Source of the DNA: Treponemataceae bacterium | GTDB taxonomy: Bacteria > Spirochaetota > Spirochaetia > Treponematales > Rectinemataceae | Reading direction: 5' to 3' | Assembly: GCA_963667725.2 (NCBI GenBank) | Contig: CAXXHO010000003.1 | Location: 1,472,001 to 1,536,000 of the forward strand | DNA: 64,000 nt | The notes under the pieces: generated by a model | What the model saw: the letters and a program-made list of their open reading frames with translations, nothing else | Databases searched by the model: none | Told to the model about the DNA's origin: nothing | Translations under genes and position numbers: made by a program | Part shown: piece by piece, positions 38,774 through 48,967 of the stretch | Position numbering within the stretch: the first letter of the stretch is position 1 | Layout of the letters: every line of letters begins with the position of its first letter

Positions 38774-39337
38774 TCAGTTGTTTACCCGCTCCACGTAATC
38801 GTTCGACTCGGTGTTGACGAGAATCCGCTCGCCCTGCTTGATGAAGAGGGGAACGCGCACCACAAGGCCCGTTTCGGTGGTGATGGGCTTGGTCGCTCCG
38901 GAAACGGTGTCGCCCTTGATGTAATTCTCGCTCTCCACGACCGTGAAGATCATCTTATAGGGAATCTTGATGTCGATGGCCTCGCCTTCCCACATGACGA
39001 GGGTGTAGGTCTCGCCTTCCTTGAGATAGGGCTTTTTCTCCGCCTGGATCTCCATGGAGACGCCGAACTGCTCGAAGGTTTCGTTGTTCATGAACATGAA
39101 GTACTCGCCGTCGGAGTACTGGTACTGGCAGTCCTCGAGGTCGACCTGGGCATCCTCGACGGAGTCCGCGGTCTTGATCGTCTGCATGATGACGTTGCCG
39201 GTCTTCAGGCTTTTGGCCTTGACTCGGGCGAAGGCCGAGCCTTTGCCGGGGCTTACGAATTCCCGATCCACTACGATGTGGGGGACGTTATTGATGAGAA
39301 GGCATGTTCCTAGATTGATTTCGCCGCCGCGAACCAT
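38774..39337 (-). CDS. efp: Elongation factor P
   Basis: SPGKGSAF, FMNNETFEQ, KGDT, ETG..VRVPLFI. Confidence 0.97.
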   Translation of the reverse strand: MVRGGEINLGTCLLINNVPHIVVDREFVSPGKGSAFARVKAKSLKTGNVIMQTIKTADSVEDAQVDLEDCQYQYSDGEYFMFMNNETFEQFGVSMEIQAEKKPYLKEGETYTLVMWEGEAIDIKIPYKMIFTVVESENYIKGDTVSGATKPITTETGLVVRVPLFIKQGERILVNTESNDYVERVNN

Positions 39338-39527
39338 GATAATTTCCTTTTATTGTCCGCCTTTTGAGGGCTACAATAATCGCATGAGGGATAGACGCTG
39401 AAAACGCCGCATTATTTCGCACCTATACTATTGCAAAATAAGGATTTTTGTAAAGATGCGGAGCCGTATCCCATTCGGACATGGCCCCACCCCTCCCCGG
39501 GTTCCCGCCCGGTTCCTGATCTCTCCT

Positions 39528-40499
39528 TCAGACGCCGTAAGCGGGGAAGGACTCAAAGGGAAAATTGATCACTTCGCTTATGTCGGACTGGCCGAGGAGA
39601 ACCATTGCCAGCCGGTCGAACCCTATCGCCACGCCCGAGCAGGGCGGAAAATCCTCAAAAATGGAGGGATAGCCTGGGTCGATTTTATGCGGGACGAGGC
39701 TGTTCGCCTTTTTTGCTCCCTGGCTGGTGAAATACGCCTTCACCGCCTCGGGGCTGCCCGTCTCGGTGAAGCAGTTCGCGATCTCGATGCCGTGTACGTA
39801 GAGTTCCCACCGCTCCTTGTAGGGCTTCCCTGGGATATCCTTGGCCAGGCACTCGATGCCGCGGGGGTATTCGTCCAGGACGAGGGGTCTGTCGACGGAG
39901 AGGGCCGGTTCGACGAGCGTGAGGAAAATGACGTTGAAAGCGTCCTCCCATGAAGAAGTATCGTCGATCATGAGGTTCTTGGCTTTCGCCGCCCCGATCA
40001 TGGCGCCGGTTTCCCCCAGCGCGTCGAGATCGAGGCTGGCGTATTCAGCGAAGGCTTCCGCCATCGTCACGCGCCTGAAGGGGGGCAAGGCGCTCTTCGG
40101 GGTATCGCTCGCGGCCAGCGTCCTGAAAAGCTCCTCCGTGAGTCCGATGTTGTCGCGGCTGTTCGCCCCTATCGTGTAGTATTCCAGCATGGTGAATTCG
40201 GGGTTGTGGATTCTGCTCAGCGACTCGGCGTTCCTGAAGGATTTACAGAGCTGGAACACGCTCTCCTTGGTGCTCGCTATGATGCGCTTCATCCATATTT
40301 CCGGGGAAGGGATGAGGTAGACCGGGTATCCTGCCCTGTAGGGGTGCACGAAGGCCGTGGCGAAGGCTTCCAAGCAGGATTCGGGGATCAGCGTGGGGGA
40401 AAGCGTCGGAGTGTCGGTTTCCAGGTAGTTTCTCGAGAGGAAAAAATCCCTGGTGAGGGTGACGAGCCTTGATCGGGCTCTCATGGTTTCAGTCGTCAT
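39528..40499 (-). CDS. epmA: EF-P lysine aminoacylase
   Basis: LysRS catalytic domain only: SPEIWMKR, FRNAE..HNPEFTMLEYY, ERWELY, GVAIGFDRL; adjacent to efp. Confidence 0.92.
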   Translation of the reverse strand: MTTETMRARSRLVTLTRDFFLSRNYLETDTPTLSPTLIPESCLEAFATAFVHPYRAGYPVYLIPSPEIWMKRIIASTKESVFQLCKSFRNAESLSRIHNPEFTMLEYYTIGANSRDNIGLTEELFRTLAASDTPKSALPPFRRVTMAEAFAEYASLDLDALGETGAMIGAAKAKNLMIDDTSSWEDAFNVIFLTLVEPALSVDRPLVLDEYPRGIECLAKDIPGKPYKERWELYVHGIEIANCFTETGSPEAVKAYFTSQGAKKANSLVPHKIDPGYPSIFEDFPPCSGVAIGFDRLAMVLLGQSDISEVINFPFESFPAYGV

Positions 40500-40535
40500 G
40501 CGGACAGTATAGCGGCCCGGTAAGAAAAAATCAGC

Positions 40536-41600
40536 CTAGATCGCCTGCCGCGCGCTGCGCCTGAACGCTTCGATCGACATCCAGGCCATGCCGAGCGCCG
40601 ATCCTTCAAGATCGCGCCGAATGACGCCGTCATCGTTTTCCGTGAAATAGCGCGCGGGCAGAGAAGGTCCCAGGCGGCCGATGTCGCTGTGAGCGATGGG
40701 GTCGGTCCTGAAATGCGGACAGGCCTCGAGGCAGGTGTCGCAGCCGTAGAGTCTCCCGTTCCATGCGGCCGCGATGTCAGAGGGCCGGTCTTCGTCCAGA
40801 GCGGTCCAATGCTGTATGCAGCGCTTCCTGTCATATCGGGAGGCTTTCCCGTCGCTCATATCATCCTCATCGCTCCCGCGGCCAGCGCTCATAGCGTCCA
40901 GCGCGCCCGGTGCTCCCAGCGCGCCTGTCGGGCAGGTGTCGACACAGCGTCTGCAATTCCCGCAAAGATTCCTGAGCGGAACCGGCAGTGCAGGCTCCAA
41001 ATCCACGGGGCAGAGCAGAAGTCCGAGCACGACGGCCGAGGAATATTCAGGATCGGTTGCGAGCTTCTCTTCCCTGCCGCGTTTGGCGATCAGAATCGTG
41101 TTTTTACCCGCCCATCCCAGGCCGGCCTTTACGGCCAAAGGCTTTTCCGGCAGTCCTGAATTGACGAGCCTGTGCCATTTCCGGGCGGAAGGCAGAACGA
41201 GGCCCGTTTCGGCCGCGTCGGCGATCGTGCGCGCCACAGCGGAGAGCATCCTCCCGGAAAGTTCGTTGTACCAGTTCGCCCTGGCGAACCGGGCTATCTT
41301 GAGCGGGGGCGAGCTTGTGGTCTTGCCCGGTCGCGCGTCGGCCCAGGGCGGCGCGGGATAATCGCCCTCGCCGTATCGCAGCGCGAGGACGGCGACGCTC
41401 TTGACGGAATCGACATCGTACTTGCGCCGCGCCGCCTCCGGCACGGCAGCGGCGGCGAGAGTTTCCATGAAGGATTCGCGGGGAAGAAAAGCGATACCGT
41501 AGAAGCCCTCGGCGGCGAGGTTCGCCGCGAGCAGGCTCCGCACGAGCGCGGAGCCCCCCGCGCCGCCGGCGCGGGGGCGCTCCGCTGCGCCTTGATTCAT
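40536..41600 (-). CDS. queG: Epoxyqueuosine reductase (QueG-like)
   Basis: EKPLAVKAGLGWAGKNT, CGNCRRCVDTCPTGAL, RCI, YGCDTCLEACP. Confidence 0.85.
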   Translation of the reverse strand: MNQGAAERPRAGGAGGSALVRSLLAANLAAEGFYGIAFLPRESFMETLAAAAVPEAARRKYDVDSVKSVAVLALRYGEGDYPAPPWADARPGKTTSSPPLKIARFARANWYNELSGRMLSAVARTIADAAETGLVLPSARKWHRLVNSGLPEKPLAVKAGLGWAGKNTILIAKRGREEKLATDPEYSSAVVLGLLLCPVDLEPALPVPLRNLCGNCRRCVDTCPTGALGAPGALDAMSAGRGSDEDDMSDGKASRYDRKRCIQHWTALDEDRPSDIAAAWNGRLYGCDTCLEACPHFRTDPIAHSDIGRLGPSLPARYFTENDDGVIRRDLEGSALGMAWMSIEAFRRSARQAI

Positions 41601-41607
41601 GAAGGGA

Positions 41608-42888
41608 TCAGGGAAGCGGGAAACGCGCCGTCAGGCTGAGCACGGCTTCCTTGACGCGCTCGATCACGGCCTCGTCGCCCTTCGATTTCAGCACGTCCAT
41701 GATGAAGCCGCCGATGGTCTCCATTTCGGCCGGTCCCATTCCGCGCGTCGTCACCGCTGGCGATCCGACGCGGATGCCCGAGGTCACGAAGGGGCCTTTC
41801 TGGTCGAAGGGGATGCCGTTCTTGTTGACCGTGATGTTGGCGGCGTCCAGCCATTTTTCCGATTCCTTGCCTGTTATGCCCAGGGGGCTCAGGTCGACGA
41901 GCATGAGGTGGTTGTCGGTGCCGCCCGAGACGATTCGCGCTCCGCCCGCGGAGAGGGCCTTGGAGAGCGTGGCCGCGTTCGCGATCACCCTGTCGATGTA
42001 TTCGACGAATCCAGGTTCCTGGGCTTCCTTGAGGGCCACGGCCTTGCCCGCGATGACGTGCATGAGCGGTCCGCCCTGGATGCCGGGCATTATGCTCGAG
42101 TCGACAACCTCCGACCATTTCTTGATCTCGCCCTTCGGCGTCTTGATCCCGCGATCGTTCTCCCCGTCGCGTCCGACGAAAATCATGCCGCCGCGCGGAC
42201 CGCGGAGCGTCTTGTGCGTCGTCGTCGTCGTGAAGTCAGCTATGGCTATCGGGCTGGGGTGCCTGCCCGTGGCGACAAGTCCGGCTATATGGGCCATATC
42301 CACCATGAGATAGGCTCCCACCTCGTCGGCTATGCGCCTGAAGGCGTCGAAATCTATGATGCGCGAGTAGGCTGAAGCGCCAGCGATGATCATCCTGGGC
42401 TTGTGCTCCCTCGCGAGCTGGGCCAGCTGATCGTAATCGATCGTCTCGGTGTCGCGCTTCACGCCGTAGCGGACGACGTTGTACAGCTTCCCGGAGAAGG
42501 AAACGGGCGCGCCGTGCGTCAGGTGGCCGCCGTGCGCGAGATCCATGCCGAGTATCGTGTCGCCGGGATTGAGCGCCGCGAAGAGCACGCCCATGTTGGC
42601 CTGGCTGCCCGAATGGGGCTGGACGTTGGCGTGGTCCGAGCCGAAAAGCGCCTTGGCCCTGTCCCTCGCCAGGTTCTCGGCCATGTCGACGAACTCGCAT
42701 CCGCCATAGTAGCGCTTGCCCGGATACCCTTCCGCGTATTTGTTGGTGAGCACCGAACCCACGGCCTCGAGGACCGCGCGTGAAGTATAGTTTTCGCTGG
42801 CTATGAGCTCGAGCTTGTCGCGCTGGCGCGCCATCTCGCCCTGCATCGCCGACCACAATTCCGGATCGAAGGATTCAATTGTCGCCAT
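41608..42888 (-). CDS. glyA: Serine hydroxymethyltransferase
   Basis: [34 protein letters not shown]. Confidence 0.98.
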   Translation of the reverse strand: MATIESFDPELWSAMQGEMARQRDKLELIASENYTSRAVLEAVGSVLTNKYAEGYPGKRYYGGCEFVDMAENLARDRAKALFGSDHANVQPHSGSQANMGVLFAALNPGDTILGMDLAHGGHLTHGAPVSFSGKLYNVVRYGVKRDTETIDYDQLAQLAREHKPRMIIAGASAYSRIIDFDAFRRIADEVGAYLMVDMAHIAGLVATGRHPSPIAIADFTTTTTHKTLRGPRGGMIFVGRDGENDRGIKTPKGEIKKWSEVVDSSIMPGIQGGPLMHVIAGKAVALKEAQEPGFVEYIDRVIANAATLSKALSAGGARIVSGGTDNHLMLVDLSPLGITGKESEKWLDAANITVNKNGIPFDQKGPFVTSGIRVGSPAVTTRGMGPAEMETIGGFIMDVLKSKGDEAVIERVKEAVLSLTARFPLP

Positions 42889-42974
42889 AGAGCCTCCTCG
42901 GATGAATTAATCCCGATATGACTGGCAGTATACAATGTGAAACAATTTTCGGCCACCGCCGTCCCGCCACGCGT

Positions 42975-44636
42975 TCAATAAGATCCGATTATTTCGATTT
43001 CCTGCCAGGAACTTGAATAGACGCCGCCTATCGATTCCTCGAAAAGAGTCTGGAAGGACCAGGGAACCTTGGCCGTTTCAGCGCCTGATCCTCCCAGAAG
43101 CGGTGAAACGCTCACTAAGCCTCTCGAAATGGCTACGTGCTTGTTGTCGATCGATCCGAAATAATGGGCGGGATCGTCGAGGGCGGCGTCGAAACCCAGG
43201 GGCTTTACGCCAAGGGAGAGGATGGGATCATAGGGAATCCATCCCACCGCCGGAAGATAGTACTCCATCCAGAAATGGGGAATGCCGGCTCCATCCTTTC
43301 TCACGAGAAAGCCCGATACGGGCAGAGCGGGAACTCCGGCGGCTCGAAAAAGGGCGCTCGCGAGCAGGGCATAGGATTTCGAGTCTGCCTTGCCTTCCTT
43401 CAGCGCCGACAGAGGCGTGTCCCTCGTTCCCGAAGAGGCTTTCCACGCTATGCTTTTCGCGAGCCAATTCCGGATGAGAAGCGCCTTCTTCTGAAGATTC
43501 TTTTCTCTCCCCGTAACCTTGACGATGAGGGTCAGTATTTCCTTGGCTTTTGAGGGCACAAGACTGTCTTCCGTCACATATGCCTGAAGGAAAGGCGGTA
43601 TCTTGCCGTTCTGGAAGCTGTCGCGATACGTATCCAGATCGCTTTCCACGCTGTGGACCGTAATGAGCGCCGTCCTGCTCACCACAACTTCGTTCCCCGG
43701 AAATTCCGAGATCTTAAAGACCGCCACTTTGCCGTAATCGCTCATGAAAGGCTCGGGGTTTTCCTCCTGCATGGAGTCGAGGTTCTGGGAAAACGAAGAC
43801 GCCGGATTGGGCAGGTAGAGCACGACCGTGGGAGGCTCCTTCGTGTCCGGTTTCTTTATCCGTATCGTGAGCCGCATCGAGTAGACGGCTGGATCGAAGA
43901 GATATTTCGACCCCGATCCCTGCTTCACGCCAAACGTGAAAGGCGCCGAATCGCCCTGAGGCGTGCTTACGACGATTGTCCCGGAACCGGCTCCTTCGGG
44001 GACGCGCGCCGAGATGCTCTTGTCGTCCCAACGCTCGTACATGAGATTTGGATCTTCGGGTTCGACATAGGTGGCATCGCGGTTCATCCTGGCGTCAGCC
44101 GGAGCGGCGTCATCGCTTCCAGAACCGGTGCCGGCCGAGTTCCGTGAAAACAGCACATCGCTGAACTGCACATTGGAACCGAAATTTATGCCATCGATCT
44201 CCACGAGGGACCCTATCGCCGCCTCCGCGGGATTTACGGCCATAATGGCGGGCCCCGTCGCGGCTTGAACCGGGTTATCCGGTTTTTCGGGGAGCCGTCT
44301 GGCGCTTATGACGATTTCCGCGTTGCTGCTTCCGAAAGGCGTTACTATCTGAAGGAGACCCGAATCGGTCGAAGGGGGAAGGCGAAGCGTGATCTCCTCG
44401 TCATTCCATGATATGTAGGCTGACTGGGTGAGTGGCAGTGAGTCCATAAGGACCTGGCGGTTTTCCCGAATGTCACCGAAATTCTTTCCCCTTATGGCGA
44501 CTACCCCGTCGGCGCTGAAGGCGAGCGGATCGACGGATAAGATCTTCGGCGTCTCGAGGAACCTGAATATCGCCGCCGAGGCCGCCAGGAGAAGGAGGAG
44601 GATACCGGTGATATTCCTGCGCGCTGCTTTCCTCAT
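42975..44636 (-). CDS. Membrane-anchored IPT/TIG plus transglutaminase-like domain protein
   Basis: N-terminal TM; two IxGxNFG...WxD IPT repeats; RAAGVPA..VSG, HFWMEYY, GWIPYDP. Confidence 0.85.
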   Translation of the reverse strand: MRKAARRNITGILLLLLAASAAIFRFLETPKILSVDPLAFSADGVVAIRGKNFGDIRENRQVLMDSLPLTQSAYISWNDEEITLRLPPSTDSGLLQIVTPFGSSNAEIVISARRLPEKPDNPVQAATGPAIMAVNPAEAAIGSLVEIDGINFGSNVQFSDVLFSRNSAGTGSGSDDAAPADARMNRDATYVEPEDPNLMYERWDDKSISARVPEGAGSGTIVVSTPQGDSAPFTFGVKQGSGSKYLFDPAVYSMRLTIRIKKPDTKEPPTVVLYLPNPASSFSQNLDSMQEENPEPFMSDYGKVAVFKISEFPGNEVVVSRTALITVHSVESDLDTYRDSFQNGKIPPFLQAYVTEDSLVPSKAKEILTLIVKVTGREKNLQKKALLIRNWLAKSIAWKASSGTRDTPLSALKEGKADSKSYALLASALFRAAGVPALPVSGFLVRKDGAGIPHFWMEYYLPAVGWIPYDPILSLGVKPLGFDAALDDPAHYFGSIDNKHVAISRGLVSVSPLLGGSGAETAKVPWSFQTLFEESIGGVYSSSWQEIEIIGSY

Positions 44637-44648
44637 CCTACTATCGGA

Positions 44649-45278
44649 TCATGGATTGGAGCGCTTGTCGACCCTGATCTCCACGACGATCGGGGCTCCG
44701 TCCCTGGTATCGAGACCTAGAGGATAGTAGAAAAGCCTTGCCCCCAGGGGCAGACTTAAGGATTGGACCGTCGTCTTGAAGGAGAGCGAATCGTCAGGCA
44801 TCTTCACCCAAACCATTCCCTGCACCATGAGGTCGATGATGGCGGCGCGAAGCGCGATAGGGACGATCTGGACGAGAGCCACGACATTCTTGCCCACCAG
44901 GCGCACATCGAGAGGCGCGGAGAAAGGCAGGGATCTCGCGAGGGTTTCGCTCCAGGAGATTCCCGGGGAGCCTTCGCGCGCCGACGCGGCCGCTCTCGCT
45001 CCCGCGGCGCCGTCCGCCGCGGCGGTGCTGTTCGACGCGGCGGCTCTGTCCGACGCGGCTCCGCTATCCGGACTCTTCGTCTGGAGAGCGCGCACCATAT
45101 CCGGCGTCAGGGAAAAAGCCGAACGGATGCGGAACGACAGCTCCGGAGCGGTATTAGGCTCGGTCTTTCCTGGCGCGGCCGATGCCTGGGCGCTCAGGAC
45201 CAGGCTGTTGCAAATGAAGATCATGAGAAGCGGATAGCGAGCCAGCTTCGTCATCCTTCCGGAATTGATGCCGCTCAC
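44649..45278 (-). CDS. Exported hypothetical protein in the ECF operon
   Basis: Signal-like N-terminus; overlaps the anti-sigma stop codon; YYPLG C-terminal motif. Confidence 0.7.
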   Translation of the reverse strand: MSGINSGRMTKLARYPLLMIFICNSLVLSAQASAAPGKTEPNTAPELSFRIRSAFSLTPDMVRALQTKSPDSGAASDRAAASNSTAAADGAAGARAAASAREGSPGISWSETLARSLPFSAPLDVRLVGKNVVALVQIVPIALRAAIIDLMVQGMVWVKMPDDSLSFKTTVQSLSLPLGARLFYYPLGLDTRDGAPIVVEIRVDKRSNP

Positions 45279-45880
45279 CGTGTTGAACCTGCGTAGGAAG
45301 TCGTGGTGACTTCAAGAATTGCCGCGTCGGGAGAAGACACGACGATCGGGTTGCCGATCTGGTTGAATATCGATTCCTGGGGCATCTCTATCATCAATGG
45401 TTCCACCGAAGACTGCTTCATGTATTGGGCGATCATCTCGAGGGTCGCCGCCTGGGGAGCTATCGTTTTGGATGCCGAGGCCATCAGGCCCGCCCTGTTC
45501 ATGAAGGGGGTAAAGAGACCCAAGCTGATTCCGACCAGGAACACGAGGGCCAGGAGACTGGCCGCGAGAAAGGGCATCGGCATGGGAACGCGCTGGGTCC
45601 AGAGATGTCGCAGGCGTTCGACTCCGCTCGTCCCGACGTTTCTATCCGCCGCGCCGAAATCGATCGACGCGCCAATTCTCGCCTTGGCCGCCGACAATGC
45701 CCTCAGGTCGGCTTCGGCGTCGATGGCGAGCATGGATCGCTGGAGCGTACGGAAAGATTCGACCTTCCGGGAACACTCGCGGCATCCGCTTACATGAATC
45801 TCCATCCGCTCTTTCCAGGGGGAGGGAATCTCATCGTCCACAAAGGCGGACAGAAGCGCATCATCAGGACACATGGCCAT
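45275..45880 (-). CDS. Zinc-finger anti-sigma factor
   Basis: LSAFVDDE..HVSGCREC (HxxxCxxC) plus one TM; downstream of the ECF sigma. Confidence 0.88.
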   Translation of the reverse strand: MAMCPDDALLSAFVDDEIPSPWKERMEIHVSGCRECSRKVESFRTLQRSMLAIDAEADLRALSAAKARIGASIDFGAADRNVGTSGVERLRHLWTQRVPMPMPFLAASLLALVFLVGISLGLFTPFMNRAGLMASASKTIAPQAATLEMIAQYMKQSSVEPLMIEMPQESIFNQIGNPIVVSSPDAAILEVTTTSYAGSTR

Positions 45881-46457
45881 CCTCCCGGTTCATCCGCGCG
45901 AGAAGGGCTTCCCTGGCGCGGAAAGCGCGCACTTTTACGTTGCCTTCGCTGATTCCAAGCACTTTACCGATCTCTTTGTAATTCATACCGCCATATTCCT
46001 TGAGAATGAGCACCATTCTCAGTTTTTCGGGAAGCGTGGAGAGAAGCTGCTTGATCGCGTCCGACGATTCCTGCCGCAGCACCTCTTCTTCAACGGAGGG
46101 CTGGATTCCCGCTTCGGCGCCCGTCTCCTTGATGGAGAAGGAACCGGCTTCTGAATCCTCGATGGGCGAAGCTTCGCTGCGCCACCACTTTTCGTAAGCG
46201 CGGGTTTCCCTTCCCTTCCGCTTCGCATAGTTGATCGCGCCATTCTTCACGACCCTGATGAGCCAGTATTTGGCGTCATTTCGCGTCGGAAAGATCATCT
46301 TCTTCTCGACGAGCTTGCCGAACGCGTCATGGACGACATCTTCGGCCGCTTCGGCGGAATTAGTGATCCTGAACGCTATCCTGAGCAGCATATCGGAGTT
46401 CGATTCATAGATCGCGCGAAAATCGAGTTCGTTGTGCTGCGTACCAGAAGATAACAA
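45864..46457 (-). CDS. rpoE: ECF RNA polymerase sigma factor
   Basis: AEDVVHDAF, WLIRVVKN, YKEIGKVLGISEGNVKVRAFRAR. Confidence 0.9.
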   Translation of the reverse strand: MLSSGTQHNELDFRAIYESNSDMLLRIAFRITNSAEAAEDVVHDAFGKLVEKKMIFPTRNDAKYWLIRVVKNGAINYAKRKGRETRAYEKWWRSEASPIEDSEAGSFSIKETGAEAGIQPSVEEEVLRQESSDAIKQLLSTLPEKLRMVLILKEYGGMNYKEIGKVLGISEGNVKVRAFRAREALLARMNREDGHVS

Positions 46458-46487
46458 TGTACTTTCCTTATTGTTACGGGGATGGCG

Positions 46488-47918
46488 TCAGAGCTTCTTC
46501 CACGTCGTGCCGGCGGGGCCGTCCTCGAGCGCGACTCCCATTTCCTTCAATGTTGCCCGTATGGCGTCGGCCGCGACCCAATTCTTCGCCTTCTTGGCGT
46601 TTGCCCTCTCCGCTATCAGCCCTTCTATGCGAGCGACGGTGCCGGCATCGACAGAAGCCTCGGCTCTACGCGCCGCGCCGAGGCCAAGCCCCAGGACAAT
46701 ATCCATGTCCAAGGCGGCCGCGAGAGCCTCAGCGGGAGGAATCTGCGGATCGCGCACCAGCTGCCACAGCTCGGCAAGGGCGCGCGGCGCTGAAAGGTCG
46801 TCGGCCAGGGCTTCGTCAAAGCGCGCGAGCCTCTCCTTGGCCGAGGAACCCAGCTCGGAAATATTCGCCACGGTCTTGTCGCCTGCTTTCGCGCGCAGCT
46901 CGAGCACTTTTTCGACAAGAGCCTTTCTGGAGGCTTTGGACTGTTCCATGGCTTCCCAGGAGAAGGTAAGCTGGCTTCGGTAATGTCCTCCGAGGCAGAA
47001 ATAGCGATAGTCGAGCGGATCGATGCCTGCGTCGATGAGGCTCTGAAGGGTGATGAAGCCGCCCTTCGACTTGGACATCTTGCCCTTGTCCATGATGAGG
47101 AATTCGGCATGAAGCCAGTAATTCACCCAGGTCTTGCCCGTGGCCGCCTCGGACTGGGCTATTTCGTTCGTATGGTGGACGGGCACGTGGTCGATGCCGC
47201 CGGCGTGGATATCGAAGGTTTCGCCTAGGTATTTCATGCTCATCGCCGAGCATTCTATATGCCAGCCGGGATAGCCCTTGCCCCAGGGGCTGTCCCATAT
47301 GAGCGCCTGGTTTTCGAACTTGGATTTCGTGAACCAGAGCACGAAATCGTGCGGATTTTTCTTGTTTTCATCCACTTCGATCCGCGCGCCCGCCTTGAGA
47401 TCGTCCATCCGCAGGTTGGCCAGTTCGCCGTAGGTCGGGAATTTCGTCACGTCGAAATAGAGATTGCCGCCCGCCATATACGTATAGCCGTTCGCCTCGA
47501 TGCGCCGGATGAGGGCGATCATCTCCTGGACATGCTCGGTGGCCTTGCAGACCACGGTCGGACGCTCTATGCCGAGGCGTCCTGTATCGGCGAAAAAGGC
47601 GTCCGTGTAGAACTTGGCTATCTGGAGCACGCTTTCGCCCCGCTCCTTCGCGGTTTTCACCATCTTGTCCTCGCCGGTGTCGTCGTCGCCGGAAAGGTGA
47701 CCGACATCGGTGACGTTCATCACATGCTTCACTTCGTAACCGAAGCGGCGCAGGGTCTTCACGAGAATATCCTCGAAAACATAGGTGCGGAGGTTGCCGA
47801 TGTGGGCGTAATTGTAGACGGTGGGTCCGCAGCCGTAAAAGCCGACCTTGCCTGGCTGAAGCGGCTTGAATTCCTGCAACGAGCGACCCTTGGTATTGAA
47901 AAGCCTTAACACGGGCAT
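46488..47918 (-). CDS. cysS: Cysteine--tRNA ligase
   Basis: [25 protein letters not shown]. Confidence 0.98.
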   Translation of the reverse strand: MPVLRLFNTKGRSLQEFKPLQPGKVGFYGCGPTVYNYAHIGNLRTYVFEDILVKTLRRFGYEVKHVMNVTDVGHLSGDDDTGEDKMVKTAKERGESVLQIAKFYTDAFFADTGRLGIERPTVVCKATEHVQEMIALIRRIEANGYTYMAGGNLYFDVTKFPTYGELANLRMDDLKAGARIEVDENKKNPHDFVLWFTKSKFENQALIWDSPWGKGYPGWHIECSAMSMKYLGETFDIHAGGIDHVPVHHTNEIAQSEAATGKTWVNYWLHAEFLIMDKGKMSKSKGGFITLQSLIDAGIDPLDYRYFCLGGHYRSQLTFSWEAMEQSKASRKALVEKVLELRAKAGDKTVANISELGSSAKERLARFDEALADDLSAPRALAELWQLVRDPQIPPAEALAAALDMDIVLGLGLGAARRAEASVDAGTVARIEGLIAERANAKKAKNWVAADAIRATLKEMGVALEDGPAGTTWKKL

Positions 47919-47980
47919 CGGTTATCCTCCAGCGGCGGGCTTGCAATTTGGCCGCACAATCACCACTATTGGTGGCGACC

Positions 47981-48916
47981 ATGAAAAACCTATGGCAAAT
48001 CGCCCAAAAAATCAATATAGAACCGGGAAGAATCCATTTTTCCGAACCTATGGCCCCGCATACGACATTCAGGATAGGCGGTCCAGCTGATATTTTCATA
48101 AAAATATCCTCGCCGGCTGAACTCGGCCGCGCCGTCGCCTATTTGGCGGAAGAAAACATTCCCTGCTTCGTTCTCGGCGGCGGGGCCAACATCCTCGTGG
48201 GAGACAGGGGCATCCGCGGCGCCGTGCTCGATCTTTCCGCATTGTCCTGGGCGCGGTCAGAGGGTTCCACGCTCATGGCCGGCGCCGGCATAAGCGTGGA
48301 TAGGCTCTGCGAAAACGCCCTCGCCCTGGAACTCGAAGGCCTGGAAAACTTCTATGGCATGCCCGGGAGCCTGGGCGGCGCCGTCTACATGAACGCCCGC
48401 TGCTATGAAAAGGATTTTTCCGAGACGATACAGGAAATAACCATCGTTTCCCCCGCCGGTGAAATAAAAAAAGTACATCCCGCGGCGGACCAATGGGCTT
48501 ATAAAAAATCCCCTTTCCAGCCCGGCGGAGCCTGGGCGGGATGGATCATCGCCGGAGCGACCTTCGCGCTGCGCGAAGGGAAAGCGGAAAGCGTAGCCGG
48601 AATCATGCGCTCGAGAAAACTGGACAGAGCCGGCAAGGGACACTACCGTCTTCCCTCCGCCGGCTCCGTCTTCAAGAACAACAGGAATTTCGGCAGACCG
48701 ACGGGGGCCATCCTCGACGGTCTGGGGGTAAAGGGGATGCGTGTCGGCGGGGCGGCCGTTTCCTCCTGGCATGCCAACATATTCGTCAACGCTGGAGAAG
48801 CCACCGCGCGCGATATGAGGGCTCTCATCGAAAAAGCGCAGGCCATGGCCTTTGCCGCCTATGGTTTCGAACTGGAACCGGAAGTGCTTTTCATCGGGGA
48901 ATTCCAGGACCGGTAA
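47981..48916 (+). CDS. murB: UDP-N-acetylmuramate dehydrogenase
   Basis: HTTFRIGGPA, GGGANIL, PGSLGGAVYMNA, SAGSVFKN, HANIFVN, LEPEV. Confidence 0.96.
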   Translation: MKNLWQIAQKINIEPGRIHFSEPMAPHTTFRIGGPADIFIKISSPAELGRAVAYLAEENIPCFVLGGGANILVGDRGIRGAVLDLSALSWARSEGSTLMAGAGISVDRLCENALALELEGLENFYGMPGSLGGAVYMNARCYEKDFSETIQEITIVSPAGEIKKVHPAADQWAYKKSPFQPGGAWAGWIIAGATFALREGKAESVAGIMRSRKLDRAGKGHYRLPSAGSVFKNNRNFGRPTGAILDGLGVKGMRVGGAAVSSWHANIFVNAGEATARDMRALIEKAQAMAFAAYGFELEPEVLFIGEFQDR

Positions 48917-48967
48917 GAGCAAATAACGCCTTGCGTTAGCGCGCTATGCCATTTACACTAAAACTAT

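Noticed and set aside
37664..39313. 549-aa plus-strand ORF, and similar long antisense ORFs (15848-17164, 17702-18862, 33107-34471, 61103-62281)
   Set aside because: Antisense shadows of clear genes, expected from high GC3; no recognisable motifs.
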